A stretch of DNA of 64,000 nt from Octopus vulgaris (taxonomy: Eukaryota): positions 20,026,001 to 20,090,000 of the forward strand of contig OX597819.1 of NCBI GenBank assembly GCA_951406725.2, read 5' to 3'. The translations under genes and the position numbers were made by a program. The first letter of the stretch is position 1, and each line of letters starts with the position of its first letter. Shown here one piece after another: positions 29,990 through 43,269 of the stretch. The notes below the pieces were generated by a model. The model did no database searches. It was not told the DNA's origin and worked only from the letters and a program-made list of their open reading frames with translations.

Positions 29990-30185
29990 AAGGCAGCGAG
30001 CACGCTGGACAAAGAGCTTAACGTCATTTCACCCGCCGTTATGTTCTGAGTTCAAATTCTGTCAATGTCGACTTTTCTTTTCCTCTTTTCCGGGATCGAT
30101 TGATTGAGCACCAGTGAAACATTGTGGTCGATATAATCGATTAGCTCCCCCTCCACCCCAATTTCATGATTTATGTCTATAAGAG
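29990..30185 (+). mobile_element. Degenerate SINE family A relative
   Basis: aaggcagcgagc...gttctgagttcaaattc...gtcgactttt...gtcgatataatcga. Confidence 0.65.
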
Positions 30186-30915
30186 AAATGGTGATTAGAA
30201 AACTTCAACGAGTTATTACTACTCAGTAGATCAAACGTATCCTACCAATAGTAACAGATAAAATACACTAAGAGTGTTATTTAATAGTAAGTTAAGGATG
30301 AAACAGAACAGTAAATAAAAATTCATAACGTATTTCGTAATAATTAGACGGTGAAGATATTTGATATAAAACAAAGTATTTCGTCAAATGCAAAAGCCGG
30401 AACGCTGACGAGAACCGTTATACTGAGATAATGCTGGTCTAGAGTTACATAACATCAGCACGTGGCACGTATAGTAGCCAAGAATGCACTAGATGCATCT
30501 GAAACCTCACTGACGCGTCTGTTCTTGTTTGAATTGGCAGAAACTGGAAAAGAAAATATCTTGCAAAATTGACCGATTTATTTCTAAAGGGGTGCGTAGT
30601 CGCGTAAATAGAGCTAGTTACTTTATATGAGTGACCAGTGACCAGTGACCTCTGCCCCCAAATCGTGAATATAAGTTCAACCTTCGAATTTATAATGTTT
30701 CTTACTTGATAGGTCCTGAGACAGAGCAGGTGCCATCAAGATGGCAATCTCACCGCTACCAAGGTGTTGATGCTAGTGATTACTCCACTTAATCTATTGC
30801 AAATTGGTAACAACAGGAAGGAAATTCTGCTGGAAGGTCATATATATTGTCCATCTTTAATTCTCTGATTAAAGTTTTATGATCAGAATCTTTTTCTACA
30901 TCAAGTAACAGTATA

Positions 30916-31206
30916 ACTTTATGTATGCTGCTGCTAGACAGATGTTTACCATTCAAAGGTTGCATGATGATAGAAGGACCTCTAGGAAGAGCTAAACAGT
31001 ATAACATTTTCACACCATAACTGACTCCTTCCATGCCACTCACTTGGACAAAGACAAGCTAGATATTTCCGTGATACATGCGTCATTTCAAACAGAAGTA
31101 GTTTTATTGCTTCTGCTAAGATGCGGTGTTAAGTTGGATTTGGTGTGCGATTTTTATTATATCGTTTGTATTCAATTAAGTTGTTCGCGATGAAAGCTAT
31201 GAATAA
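30916..31206 (-). repeat. ~290-bp unclassified repeat, copy 2
   Basis: Inverted match to 24084-24372. Confidence 0.92.
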
Positions 31207-32017
31207 TATAAATATATTGAACATATTAACTACACCATCACAATCTATCTCAGTATAATAATCCTAAATAATATATTTTCGTTTCGTATTGCAGAGTCAG
31301 TGGTGTTGCAGTTGTTGGCAGAAATATATAACTTGTATATTTTAAGAGATATCTAGGAATATTAGTGAACCATATTTATGTCAAATATTCTAATGAGCAT
31401 CGTTTTCTCTGAAGTGTTTCTTTCTCTCTTTCCATTTTTTTTTTTGTATTTGATTTCCAAGTTTATTCATGTAAAATTATGTTTTGAAATATATATTTTT
31501 TTTTCCTTGGGAAGGCCATTATGCCAATGATAAACACACACACACACTGCTTCTCTTTCACATCTTTATATTTATTAGTCCTTTGACTAACCATTTCACC
31601 ATTCCACCGATTGTTTGATCAATCATTCAGTCGAACAATGAATCAGAGTACCCTTGATGTACAACAAGAGTTTCTATTAAGATTTCTGTTCAACTTACCC
31701 TGAAAGAGCAGAAATCCAGTCAAAGGTGTTTCAGCCCTGTACACCTCGTACGCCATTGAATCGCAGACTACAATTTCCAGTACATAATTCTTTGCATGCT
31801 AGCATATCTATCGTGAGATGAGTCACACTGGACGGCTGCTCGAAGAAGCAACAGGTTAGAGATTTTCTCTGCCTGTTTCTGGTTATGGTCCTTTAATCTT
31901 CTGTGATTTGCATTTATACATTTTATTTCTCCATGAATTATTTCGTATTTGTCTCGATATAAAATAATAATTCACAGTTCGATTTTATAGCTAGTGTCTG
32001 AGGGTATAGTGAATGAA

Positions 32018-32249
32018 AAGGCGGCGAGCTGGCAGAAACGTTAGCACGCCGGGCGAAATGCTTAGCGGTAATTCGTCTGCCGCTACGTTCTGAGTTCAAG
32101 TTCCGGCGTGGTCGACTTTGCCTTTCATCCTTTCAGGGTTGATTAGGTAAGTACCAGTTGCGCACTGTGGTCGATATAAACGACTTAATCCGTTTGTCTG
32201 TCCTTGTTTGTCCTCTCTGAGTTTGGCCCCTTTTGGGTAGTAAAGAAAT
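32018..32249 (+). mobile_element. SINE family A monomer with 16-bp TSD
   Basis: TSD gggtatagtgaatgaa at 32002-32017 and 32250-32265. Confidence 0.93.
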
Positions 32250-32745
32250 GGGTATAGTGAATGAATTCCACTATAAAATAAGGACATATTTAGAAATTAT
32301 TCCATCTTATATTAATATATTATGTGTCATGTTATTATTCTAACTCTACAAGATTACTCCTTGCCATTTTTGACGAGAAACATCAGATCTAAAACAATGT
32401 GAGTGAGTTAATTCTAAAAATGAATTTTAGTATCTTCATATATCTTAGGGCAGCCAGACTAACTATAATTCTGACGCGCGCGCATACTCATAACATAATT
32501 ACACCCTCCCACATACGCACAACCTCCCACACACCTACACACAAGCGACTTCCAATACACATTCTGGTTCAGGTTAGTTTCTTATTGTACTACTTGGAAG
32601 TTTTAAGCGCAGTATTTCTGAGATTTTCTCACTGATCTTAAATTCACTAAAACCTTTTCTGTCTTGTCAGCCCGTTGGCCTGCCTTCGTTTCGCTTTCAT
32701 TGTGTTTTATTTTTCTTGCAATATTTAAAGCATATTGTTATATTT

Positions 32746-32850
32746 AAGGCAGCGAGCTGGCAGAATCGTTTCCGCAACGAACAAAATGCTTAAGGACATA
32801 TCGACCGTCCTGATGTTCTGAGCTTATGCTCTGTAGCGGTCTACTTTGCT
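32746..32850 (+). mobile_element. Degenerate SINE family A head
   Basis: aaggcagcgagctggcagaatcgtt...gttctgagc...ctactttgc. Confidence 0.6.
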
Positions 32851-33783
32851 TAGGACAAACGTATTCGGATCATATATATTTAATATACATAGTTTGATGT
32901 AAAATTTAAATGAGGCAATAGGTAACTGGTATCAACGTTGCAAATTATAAATATCAAATGTTCCACTCGTACACCCATCTTCTTCTAAATCAGTATTAAT
33001 TGATAAATATATATGTGCTACATCCGTACTAGCTACGATGCAACATACACTGTAAGCACGATCAGATTGATTCCATTGCGTTATTATTACTATTCAGCGC
33101 TATCAACGATGGCCCAAATTATTTTTATTGGCGATCATATTTTCATGGTGATGAAATAACCTATCCCATTGATGCTGGAGATGCTGATTGCGTAAACTGC
33201 TCTTGCTGGAAGGCAGCAATAGTATTAAAGAAAGGCTGGGATTTTCTTAATTCCACTGAAGACAGGTATGTATTTTTTGTTGGAAGGTGATCTTTTTGTA
33301 ATTGGTCTTCTTGGGGGGAAAAAGTAACTCTACATTTCCATTTAGTTATTAATAAGCATATGTTTAACTCTTATACTGCTGTGCTGATTATAATCTGTCA
33401 CTAGTTAAATCGACTGGTCATAATTTGGTGAACCGTCTATAGATATTCTTCAAGTCTTACCTTTGGGGAATCACGTTTATCTTTCTACTTTGATAGACTA
33501 TCTTATTAGAATTATACGCTTTTGAACAAGTGTTCAAGGAAATTTCACTCATATAGCTTTTGTTGATGGTTGGTTTTGTGGAATTCACTTCTCTTTTACA
33601 CTGCCTTATCGAATTGAATGCAGACACGGGTAGTTTTGACGATGCCGGTTAAGATAACGATCTTACCAACTCCCAAAAAACGAGGCTGAAATTATTTAGT
33701 TTTAAATGATTTCGATAAAATAACAAACATTCAAGTTACATTTGCCAGAGATTATAATACATGTAACATTAAAATAATTAACG

Positions 33784-33831
<48 letters not shown>

Positions 33832-36800
33832 AGTGTGTGTGTGTGTATGTATATATGTATATATATATATATACATATGTATGTATATATATATGTATGT
33901 ATATGTATATATGTATATATATATATATATATACATTAATATTTGATATTTAATATTTCATCTATTCAATAAGATACATGCTCATTTAAGGTGTAATACA
34001 GGACGCCATAAAATGAGTAACGAGGAAGTTTCTAGATTACATAGGACGAACATTGATTATGTAAGTAAAATGAGAAGGAGGTTCTCTATCCTCTGGAAAA
34101 GCGGGTGTAGATTATTAATCTCTTTTTGATCGTATTTCAGTTCTTGGCATAAAACAAGCGCTGTCCCTATGTATTGCACAAGTCTTGTAGGATTGGTTAA
34201 ACTGAGACGTTTAAGCTCCTTTCGACCAGTTGCAAACAGACGACTGCAGGACAGAAACGGAATTGCAGAGATCCAGAATAATTATTGGGAAGGATATAAT
34301 GAGCGAATTGGCTGGTGGTTATTACTTGATGCTGCTACAATGAATGACATAAAACGGATGGCTAGAGGATGTTCAATAAGAGAAACCGGAACGAATATAT
34401 TCCTGAGGAATAGACCAGCTATTTGTTGAGAGCATTTTTCATTATTTTTGCAACAGTACAAAATGGAGGTTAAGTGTGACGAAAGCAAGCCCGTCATCAA
34501 GAGGTTAGATTGTATTAATATAGTCAGACTGAGAGTTGCAGTGTAAATTGTTATGTAATACAAAGCATGGTTTCTCCGATTAGAGAAAGACCGAAATAGG
34601 AAATAATTAAGATTGAATAATCCATTAGACTCGAAGTGCCTGCCACAAAGATTTCCTTACAGCAAAAGAAAGTTTTGTATAGTTTTGTAAATGTGGAATC
34701 CTAAATGTGTGGATGTGGGTACATCATTTTCATGAATGAAAATCGTCGTCTTTATATCCCAATGAGAAGAACTGATTTCATGGCAAAGGAACAAGTCGTC
34801 AGAAGAAATCTGATCAATAACTATGCAAACATAACCCCTGAATCCGTATTAAGCAAACGGCGATTTTGTAGTATATTTTATAGGAGCATGCAGAAAATTA
34901 TACCAGAAAGACAGCAAGAAAATATATGCTTCTGTCCTTTTCATTGTCAATTGGAAATTATGTCGAAAATATACATTAGAATGGACAGAGAAATTGTATG
35001 GGCAGCAAACTGCAAGTATTATAGTGTTTAAAGAAACAAATGTGATTTAGGATTGTCTCATTGAATACGACCGTAAATACATAGTAGCAGACACGAGAGT
35101 TTTATAGCAAAAAGCAATGAACATAAATATACCTAGTTGGTACTGCAATAGCCGGCGACATTAAGAATGAAAGAACAAGAAAAAATGAATAAATATAAGT
35201 GTTGAAAGGGAGACAGCAAATATTTCACCCTCAAAGAAAACCGATGTAACACCAATAAAATTAATAATAACATTTCTAGCAATGGAACAGGCCTGCATAC
35301 GGTTCCTCTGACAAAAGAAAAAAAAATACACAACATATATTCTAAGCAAAATGCGCAACAATCTTATTGTATCCCCAACATCTTAGTAATGAAATATAGG
35401 ATAATGTAGCAAAGCTATTGTAGTTTTGATTCTGTGGTATGAATACCTACTTAGAGTCGCTCGATTGATATAGTCTTGGATACTAGAGAAAATTATGCCG
35501 TTGTAGACTTAGATAACTAGGATAGAGACACAAGGAGAGATTTTTATTATAAGAGTTCGTACAATGCATCGTATCGTTACTAGGGCACATAACGTTGCTA
35601 GGAGAGCTAGGATAGTTAATGCAGTGTAGTGAAAGAAATAATATTACTATCATTAGGAATACTTTATTTTTATAGTATAGCGTAGTGGCAATAGTGTTGC
35701 TAGCATTGCCACAATAATACAATTGCTAACTATTCTATAACCGAGAATAGTATGGCTATGATATTCAGTATCATGCAGTGAGTATAGAGTGGGAAATGTA
35801 GTGTGGCGACATTAATGTAATGCTTGAAATTACACTTTTAAAATAAACGATTCATCACAGCTTAAACACCTTTGATCATACGGTTGCTCAATCAGGGCTA
35901 ACATGGTTTGTAAAGAACAAAACAGAAAAACAAGAACATCAACAATAATTTCCAACTATGATAACTAATAGACTAGAAACTTGCTCGGCAAAACAGAAAT
36001 GAGCCTTAATTCAGAATCACTGCAGAGAAAACAAAAAAAAAATGTTATTATGAAGAGTTGGAATATAAAAGAGCGTGTTAGAAATATAGATTAAGTGCCG
36101 AATAAAATAAATATAACAGGTTTTAGAACACAAAATTACTGGTTATAATTTGCTCCTAAAGACATCAAACTCCGGTAAATGATCATAAAACTGAGAATGG
36201 AATGAATAACGACTTTGGAAAAATAACAACAATAAGAACAACAAAAACAACAACACCTACTACAAGAGCATCAACAAATAGAATAATAATAATAAGAAGA
36301 AGATAATGATGAAGGAGAAGAATAACGAAGATCACAACAATAATAATATTCATGGGATTAATAATAACTAAACAAATATATCGATATTAAAATTCCTATG
36401 ATTCGTGCTCTGCTTTCTTTACCAAATGCATATTAATAATGTCTATTTAATTATAGGTTGTTTATTTTATATTCCTACATATACCTATAATGCATTTTTT
36501 TCCCGTTTCCTTTATCTCTGCTGTACTTTTTAATGCTGTCGTTCGAAATTAATTTTATTTTGTTATTCAAGTCATATATGGATTGTAATATTATTTCGTA
36601 TTATTTATATTCGTTCATATCCAACCTATTTCAATAATTCAGTTCAGATATTAAGTAATTAGAATCACGCCATCTTATTGCCATTAAACGAAAAACCTTG
36701 CTATGTTCATCTTTTAGCAATAAAGCAGAGGAAGAACTAATCAAGGTAAAATGTAAGAAAATCAAACAAGAATTATGAAATATATTCCTACAGAACAATT

Positions 36801-37296
36801 GAAAGTCACTGCAATGCTGCTCCTTAACGCTGCCGCCGCTGCTTTCCCGTCTCTTATGGCCGTCCATTATTTCCTTACCTTCACAAGATTTGGCATGTTT
36901 CTATCTAACGTAATTTCTAAATGCAAATCCACACGGAAACGGAAAACAAATTTTATATAATGACATTCTCTTATTATTATTCACGTTATAAAAGATTATT
37001 GTTAATAAAGTTGTTTTTCGTTCTTGCTTTTGTAAGTTGCCTTGAGCTGCAGTGTCTCCGTCTAGCGCCGAGATTTTGAAAAATTTCACCAACTAAAACT
37101 AAGAGAATAATAATAATTTTTGGATAATTTCCAATAGGAAATCTCCTCTTAACATTATACAGTGCAGATACAAAGTCTGTAAGTTCCTCCTTCTCTCTTT
37201 ACATTTATTCCCCAATTGGCTTCTCCTCACAGAAAACCCATTCTCTGATAGAAGTAAATCTTGATAGCACTACACCGATAACATAAATAAGAAAAA

Positions 37297-37440
37297 TGAG
37301 AAGAAAAAGAAGAAGAAGAAATAAGAAGAAGAAGAAGAAGAAAGAAGAAGAAGAAGAAGAAGAAGAAGAAGAAGAAGAAGAAGAAGAAGAAGAAGAAGAA
37401 AAGAAGAAGAAGAAGAAGAAGAAGAAGAAGAAGGAGGAGG

Positions 37441-37526
<86 letters not shown>

Positions 37527-37546
37527 AAGAAGAAGAAGAAGAAGAA
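37297..37546. repeat. (AAG)n-(AAT)n-(AAG)n compound microsatellite
   Basis: Direct inspection. Confidence 0.97.
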
Positions 37547-37550
37547 AATT

Positions 37551-38412
37551 TATAGTGGATACCAAGACCAGAAAAATATTGACATTACACGGAGACTACC
37601 ACCCTGAGAGTGAAACCGATAGGCTGTTCTTGTCCAGAAGAAATGTTGGGAGAGGTCTGGTCAGTTGCCAGGACTGTAGCAAAGCAGAGGCAAACGGCTA
37701 GGGTGGTATATAAAAAGCATGGAAGAGGACCAGTGGCTATGGATGAGGTGGAGTGACCTGAAGATAGAGACAGAAGCACTCATATGTGCAACTCGGGAAC
37801 AAGTGCAAAGGACCAATTATATGAAGTGCAGCATATACAACATTACCGATAGCGACAGACGCAGAATGTGTGGTGATAGGAGGAGGGAAACGGTATGGCA
37901 AATCGCTAGCAAATGCCAGAAATTGGCACAACGCGAATACAAACGACGGCATGGCAAGGTCACAAGAATGATCCAGTGGATGTTCTCTGGCAATCAGGGC
38001 CTACAAAGAGCAAAGATGTAGTACGAACAACCACCAGAAGAAATCAACGAAAATTAGAAACGCAAAATCCTGTGGGTTGTAACGATCCAGTGCGATCACC
38101 TGACCAGATATAGGAAACCGGACATTGTTGTGGTGAATAAAAAAAGGAAGAACATATATGATAATCGACATAGCATACCTCGGTGACAACAGGATCAATG
38201 TGAAAGAAGAAAATCTAAAGAATTATAACTATAAGGAGGAGGAAATACAAAGGTTGTGGTCAATGAAGTGAGTAGACGTGATACCAATAGCAATTGGTGC
38301 ACTTGGAAGTATCAGCACTAATCTCCCAACATGACTGAAAAAGATCGGTGCAAGTGTGAAGGTAGAACACCTACAAACATCAGTATTACTTGGAACTGCA
38401 AGAATTCTTCGC
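37551..38412 (+). mobile_element. R4/Dong-clade non-LTR retrotransposon 3' fragment (restriction-like endonuclease)
   Basis: DTKTRKILTLHG..HP....DRLFLSRRNVGRGL; DLKIETEALICA; degenerate CCHC; EYKRRH; RKPDIVVV...IIDIA; IPIAIGALG; LQTSVLLGTARILR. Confidence 0.85.
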
Positions 38413-39362
38413 TCTCCTTCTCTCCCTTCCTCCTCCTCTCTCCCCTCCTCCCCCTCTCTTCTCTTCCCCTCTCTCTCCCCCACCCCATCCCTCTCTCTTC
38501 TCTCCTTCTCTCCTCCTCTCTCTCTTCATATACCCAACTTCCCCTCCCCCATAAACCCACCCAACCCTACTCCACCTTCCCTATCCTTCCCACCCCTTCC
38601 CCCACTCTACCCCACACCATCCCTTACACACCTCACCCCTATCCCACACTTCTCCCCCTACATACCTCACCCTTATCCCATACTCCTCCCCCACATAATC
38701 TCACCTCTAACCCCACCCTCTACCTACCCACAACCCCCACTCTACCCTACCCCCAGCCGAACCCACACCCCACCTGTGCTTTCCCCACTCTCGCCTTCCT
38801 CACCTCCCCACAACATCACACCACACTACACCACACCATACAACATTACACATCACATCACAACACACCACTCACAGCACACCACCACACACCCATCCCC
38901 ACATCTTTACACCTACACATACATACACATATCACATCACAACACACCACCCACACACCCATCCCCATATCTCCACACTCACACATACATACACACACGT
39001 CCAGACCACCAGCCCTCTTTCACACGCACATACATACTCTCTTATATAAACACGCACCTTTGTGTTGGGGGCACCTTCGTATTGGAAGTCACTTGACCCT
39101 GTTATCTCCCCTACTGTCCCTCTCGCGTCTGACCACTGTCCGAAGTCAGGACGCCATGATAGATCGTTAGCTCCTACACACATTTTTTCTCTCCATGTTT
39201 CTCTCCTTGTTTTTTATCTGTGTATCTTTCTGTCGAAGAGCGTAGGCTCGAAACGTAAAACGCTCCTTCTTCCCTTCCTTCCTGAGCGTCCAATAATACT
39301 ATATTTATTCCACGTCCTCGTGTTGTTGCGTTTTCTCTTTGTGTTTTCATGTTTGGATTAAC
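38413..39362 (+). mobile_element. Neptune-type Penelope-like element, 3' non-coding part (pLTR)
   Basis: C/A-rich region collinear with 43515-44262, which follows a GIY-YIG domain; carries a hammerhead-like motif. Confidence 0.7.
39225..39262 (+). ncRNA. Minimal type I hammerhead-like motif (CUGU core variant)
   Basis: UUU-CUGUCGA-A-GAGC-GUAG-GCUC-GAAAC-GUA-AAA. Confidence 0.6.
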
Positions 39363-39375
39363 TATATATATATAT

Positions 39376-39987
<612 letters not shown>

Positions 39988-41281
39988 CATATATATGTAA
40001 AGAGAGAGGGAGAGAGAGAACGACAAACAGACAAACAGGGAGACAAACAGACAAAGGTCTATTAATTGAAATTATGTGAAAGTAAAACTTGAATGCACTG
40101 AACTAGAGAAGCGAAATTTGAGATAGTATTACATTGCAGCTGAACATTCTACGCAAGCTGTATCAGCAGGTAGATAGATCGATGTCACATGCGAAAGACA
40201 AATGACCCTCCCTATTCATATGGCCTCGGAAAATAGGAAAAAATATAAGAGAAATTCTGTAAAACAAAACAATATTTACGCTTTGAAAACAAAACCAAAT
40301 ATAGTATATATTGAACAGAAAATGTAAAAAAAACAATATCGCCCTGCATTGAAAATATCCAAGCCAATGATAGATATTGTTTGCATGTGGATTTAGGATT
40401 TATTTAGCTATGTGTCTAATGTAATAAATGAAAGCAAATATAGCAAGACTTTTCGAAATATCATGAAAATTAGCGAGTTGTGTATATATTTTTTCACTTG
40501 CGATGTTTTATTTCTTGTTATTTTCTGTTTACTATTCAATTTTCGTTATCTGAAATGAAATGTTGTGATTTCGAAGCGCTTCTCCCCAAAACGTGGCGCC
40601 ATACAATTACCGAATTCAATAATGTTATAGAAAGCTAACACAGTGCGCTGAAAAGTAATCCCTGAAGAACACATGAATGAATTTATGAATAAATAAAGAG
40701 GCGAAAAATGCTTGAGGAATAAACCAATATTTTATTGTTGATTCTCTAAAGGTAACAAAATGGAAAATAAATAAATAAATAACAGAGAAATATATGAATA
40801 AAAAACGAAATACAAATATGAAGTAAAAAGAAAAAGGGAAATATTGTAAAGAATTAAATATTCGAAAATCGTTAATAAGCCAGTGTGTATTGGTGATTAG
40901 CTTCGTTCACGACAATGTAGAAAATATAATCACTAACTTACTTCCCTCCTCTACCCTTTTTTTTTACCATTCTCTATGTACACAGAGATGTAAAAATATA
41001 TGTATGTATGTGTATATATATATATATATAAATATTTATACATATATATATCTATCTATATATATATATATATATAAAAATATATATATATGTATGTATA
41101 TATATGTATATATATATATATGTGTGTGAGTGTGTGTGTGTGGAGTGTGTGTGTACAAAACACATTTATATATTTAAATGTACATAGATATCTATATGTA
41201 TATGTATATATACACACGAATATACGTGGTAGTGTGTATATCCTACAGGCTAAATCTCTTTTATATATGTTTATACCAACG

Positions 41282-41326
<45 letters not shown>

Positions 41327-41611
41327 CTTGTTTCACTCAGTGGCCATACTTGGGCATATATACAGCAGTAAGTAAACAAGTATCATATATCTTAACCCTG
41401 TATCTATACGGACAATGTGTGAGTAATAGACATGGTCAGTATAGAGATTACGTTGTAGTGATGAAAGAAATTTAAAACTGAATTCCGAATTGTTTATCTT
41501 CAGCAAGGCTCTCATTGACAAAGGTACTGCATGAGTCATTCAAATGGAGCTCTAATTGAAGTAGTGATGCAGATAAAGAAGTTTAGGCTTCATATATACA
41601 TACATACGTAC

Positions 41612-41680
<69 letters not shown>

Positions 41681-41719
41681 AATATATATATGTATATACA
41701 TATATATATATATGTGACA

Positions 41720-41860
41720 GTTATTCGGTTGCCATAATAAAACTCCGAGTTTCGGTGGTCGGGGCGGAAATCTGTTTCGGCATCTCGTCAGTTAAGGTGC
41801 GACGCAGTGAGACTGAATCCAAAACCATGTGGTTGGGGAGCATCTTACCGCATAGTCACA
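41720..41860 (-). mobile_element. Degenerate SINE family B head fragment
   Basis: aaggtgcgacgcagtgagactgaatccaaaaccatgtggttgg matches 18581-18625. Confidence 0.6.
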
Positions 41861-41930
41861 ATGCTGAAAGGAATACATATATATATGTGTGTGTGTGTGT
41901 ATGTATGTATTATGTATGTATGTATGGATG

Positions 41931-41984
<54 letters not shown>

Positions 41985-41993
41985 CATATATAT

Positions 41994-42082
41994 ATTTATT
42001 TTATAGAAGGAGCTTCTACAGGACTAGAACTGTGTCATTGAAACAGTTCTAGTCCTGTAGAAGCTCCTTCTATAAAATAAAT
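41994..42082. repeat. Perfect 40-bp inverted repeat, 9-nt loop
   Basis: 41994-42033 is the exact reverse complement of 42043-42082. Confidence 0.97.
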
Positions 42083-42147
42083 TAATTTACTCTGCTATGT
42101 ATTGAGTACCTTATTTACTGTGGTTAACCCCGACTCAACCCGGGACC

Positions 42148-42200
<53 letters not shown>

Positions 42201-42394
42201 ATATACGCAACCGAGTTACAGTTTATATGTACAACTTGAACAGAAATACATATCAGTTATCAAACATACGTTTACATATACATGAACATATACACACACA
42301 CAGATACGTCTAACACTTACATACTTAAATACACACATACATACACACATACATACATACATCTCAAGAAATACTGATAGAATATTTCCGTAAA

Positions 42395-42812
42395 ATCATA
42401 ACAGGCTCGATATTGTCATTTGGGACAGGGGCAAAAGTATGTACCATCATAGAGGTCAGCTGCCTTGCAGATATAAATATCTCTCTGAAAATCAAAGGAA
42501 AATACGATAGCTATGGGCAACTGTTTCTATATCCAGAGTATGAATTCATATTCATAACAAAAATATTTGGAGCACTAGCTTTTGTTACTAAATGGTTACA
42601 GGAGAACCTGGATAAACTGGGATTTTCAGAAAGAGAAATCGAGCGGTTGATTCATAGATCACAAGAGCAATCTGTGTGTGAAACAGTAAAAATATGCAGG
42701 ACTTTCCTCAAGTTCCAAATGTGAATTTGTCTACGTTAATTACATCACAAAGATGGAGCCTTCTCTCTTTGTTGGAAATCGGCTTCCTCCTCAGTGGAAG
42801 ATATATAATAAT
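42395..42812 (+). mobile_element. Second R4-like RLE retrotransposon 3' end
   Basis: HNRLDIVIWDR..VCTIIEVSCLADINI...LYPEYEF..IFGAL...TVKICRTFLKFQM*, short 3' UTR and ataataat tail. Confidence 0.75.
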
Positions 42813-43153
42813 TAAAAAAATAAAAGAGACATACATACGTACGTACATAAATACATACATACGTACGTATATACGAATGTGCATGCATACGCATGTACAC
42901 ATATGCATACGTACTTGCGTGCGTACATACATGCATACATACATACATTCATACGTACGTACATTCATACATAAACACATATATATCATGAACTAACTGT
43001 TACTTTTTCAAGTGCAGCAGGAAGTTTAGTCAGTGAAGAGATTGCAGTTACAAAGCGACGAAAACATTTTGACACAAATTAAATACAAAAGTTGAAGTGA
43101 AACTAATGTGTTTTCTTAAATGGTTTACAAACATTTTCCATGCACCAATTGTT

Positions 43154-43219
<66 letters not shown>

Positions 43220-43269
43220 TGTGTGTGTGTGTGTATATGCATATATATATATATATCTACATCTATACA

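Noticed and set aside
33545-33590. TINKS peptide on the minus strand suggesting a Helitron helicase
   Set aside because: Flanking FAM/QGQ residues and other Pif1 motifs are absent.
38331-39170. 279-aa Pro/His/Thr-rich ORF
   Set aside because: Low-complexity C/A-rich 3' region of the Penelope-like element.
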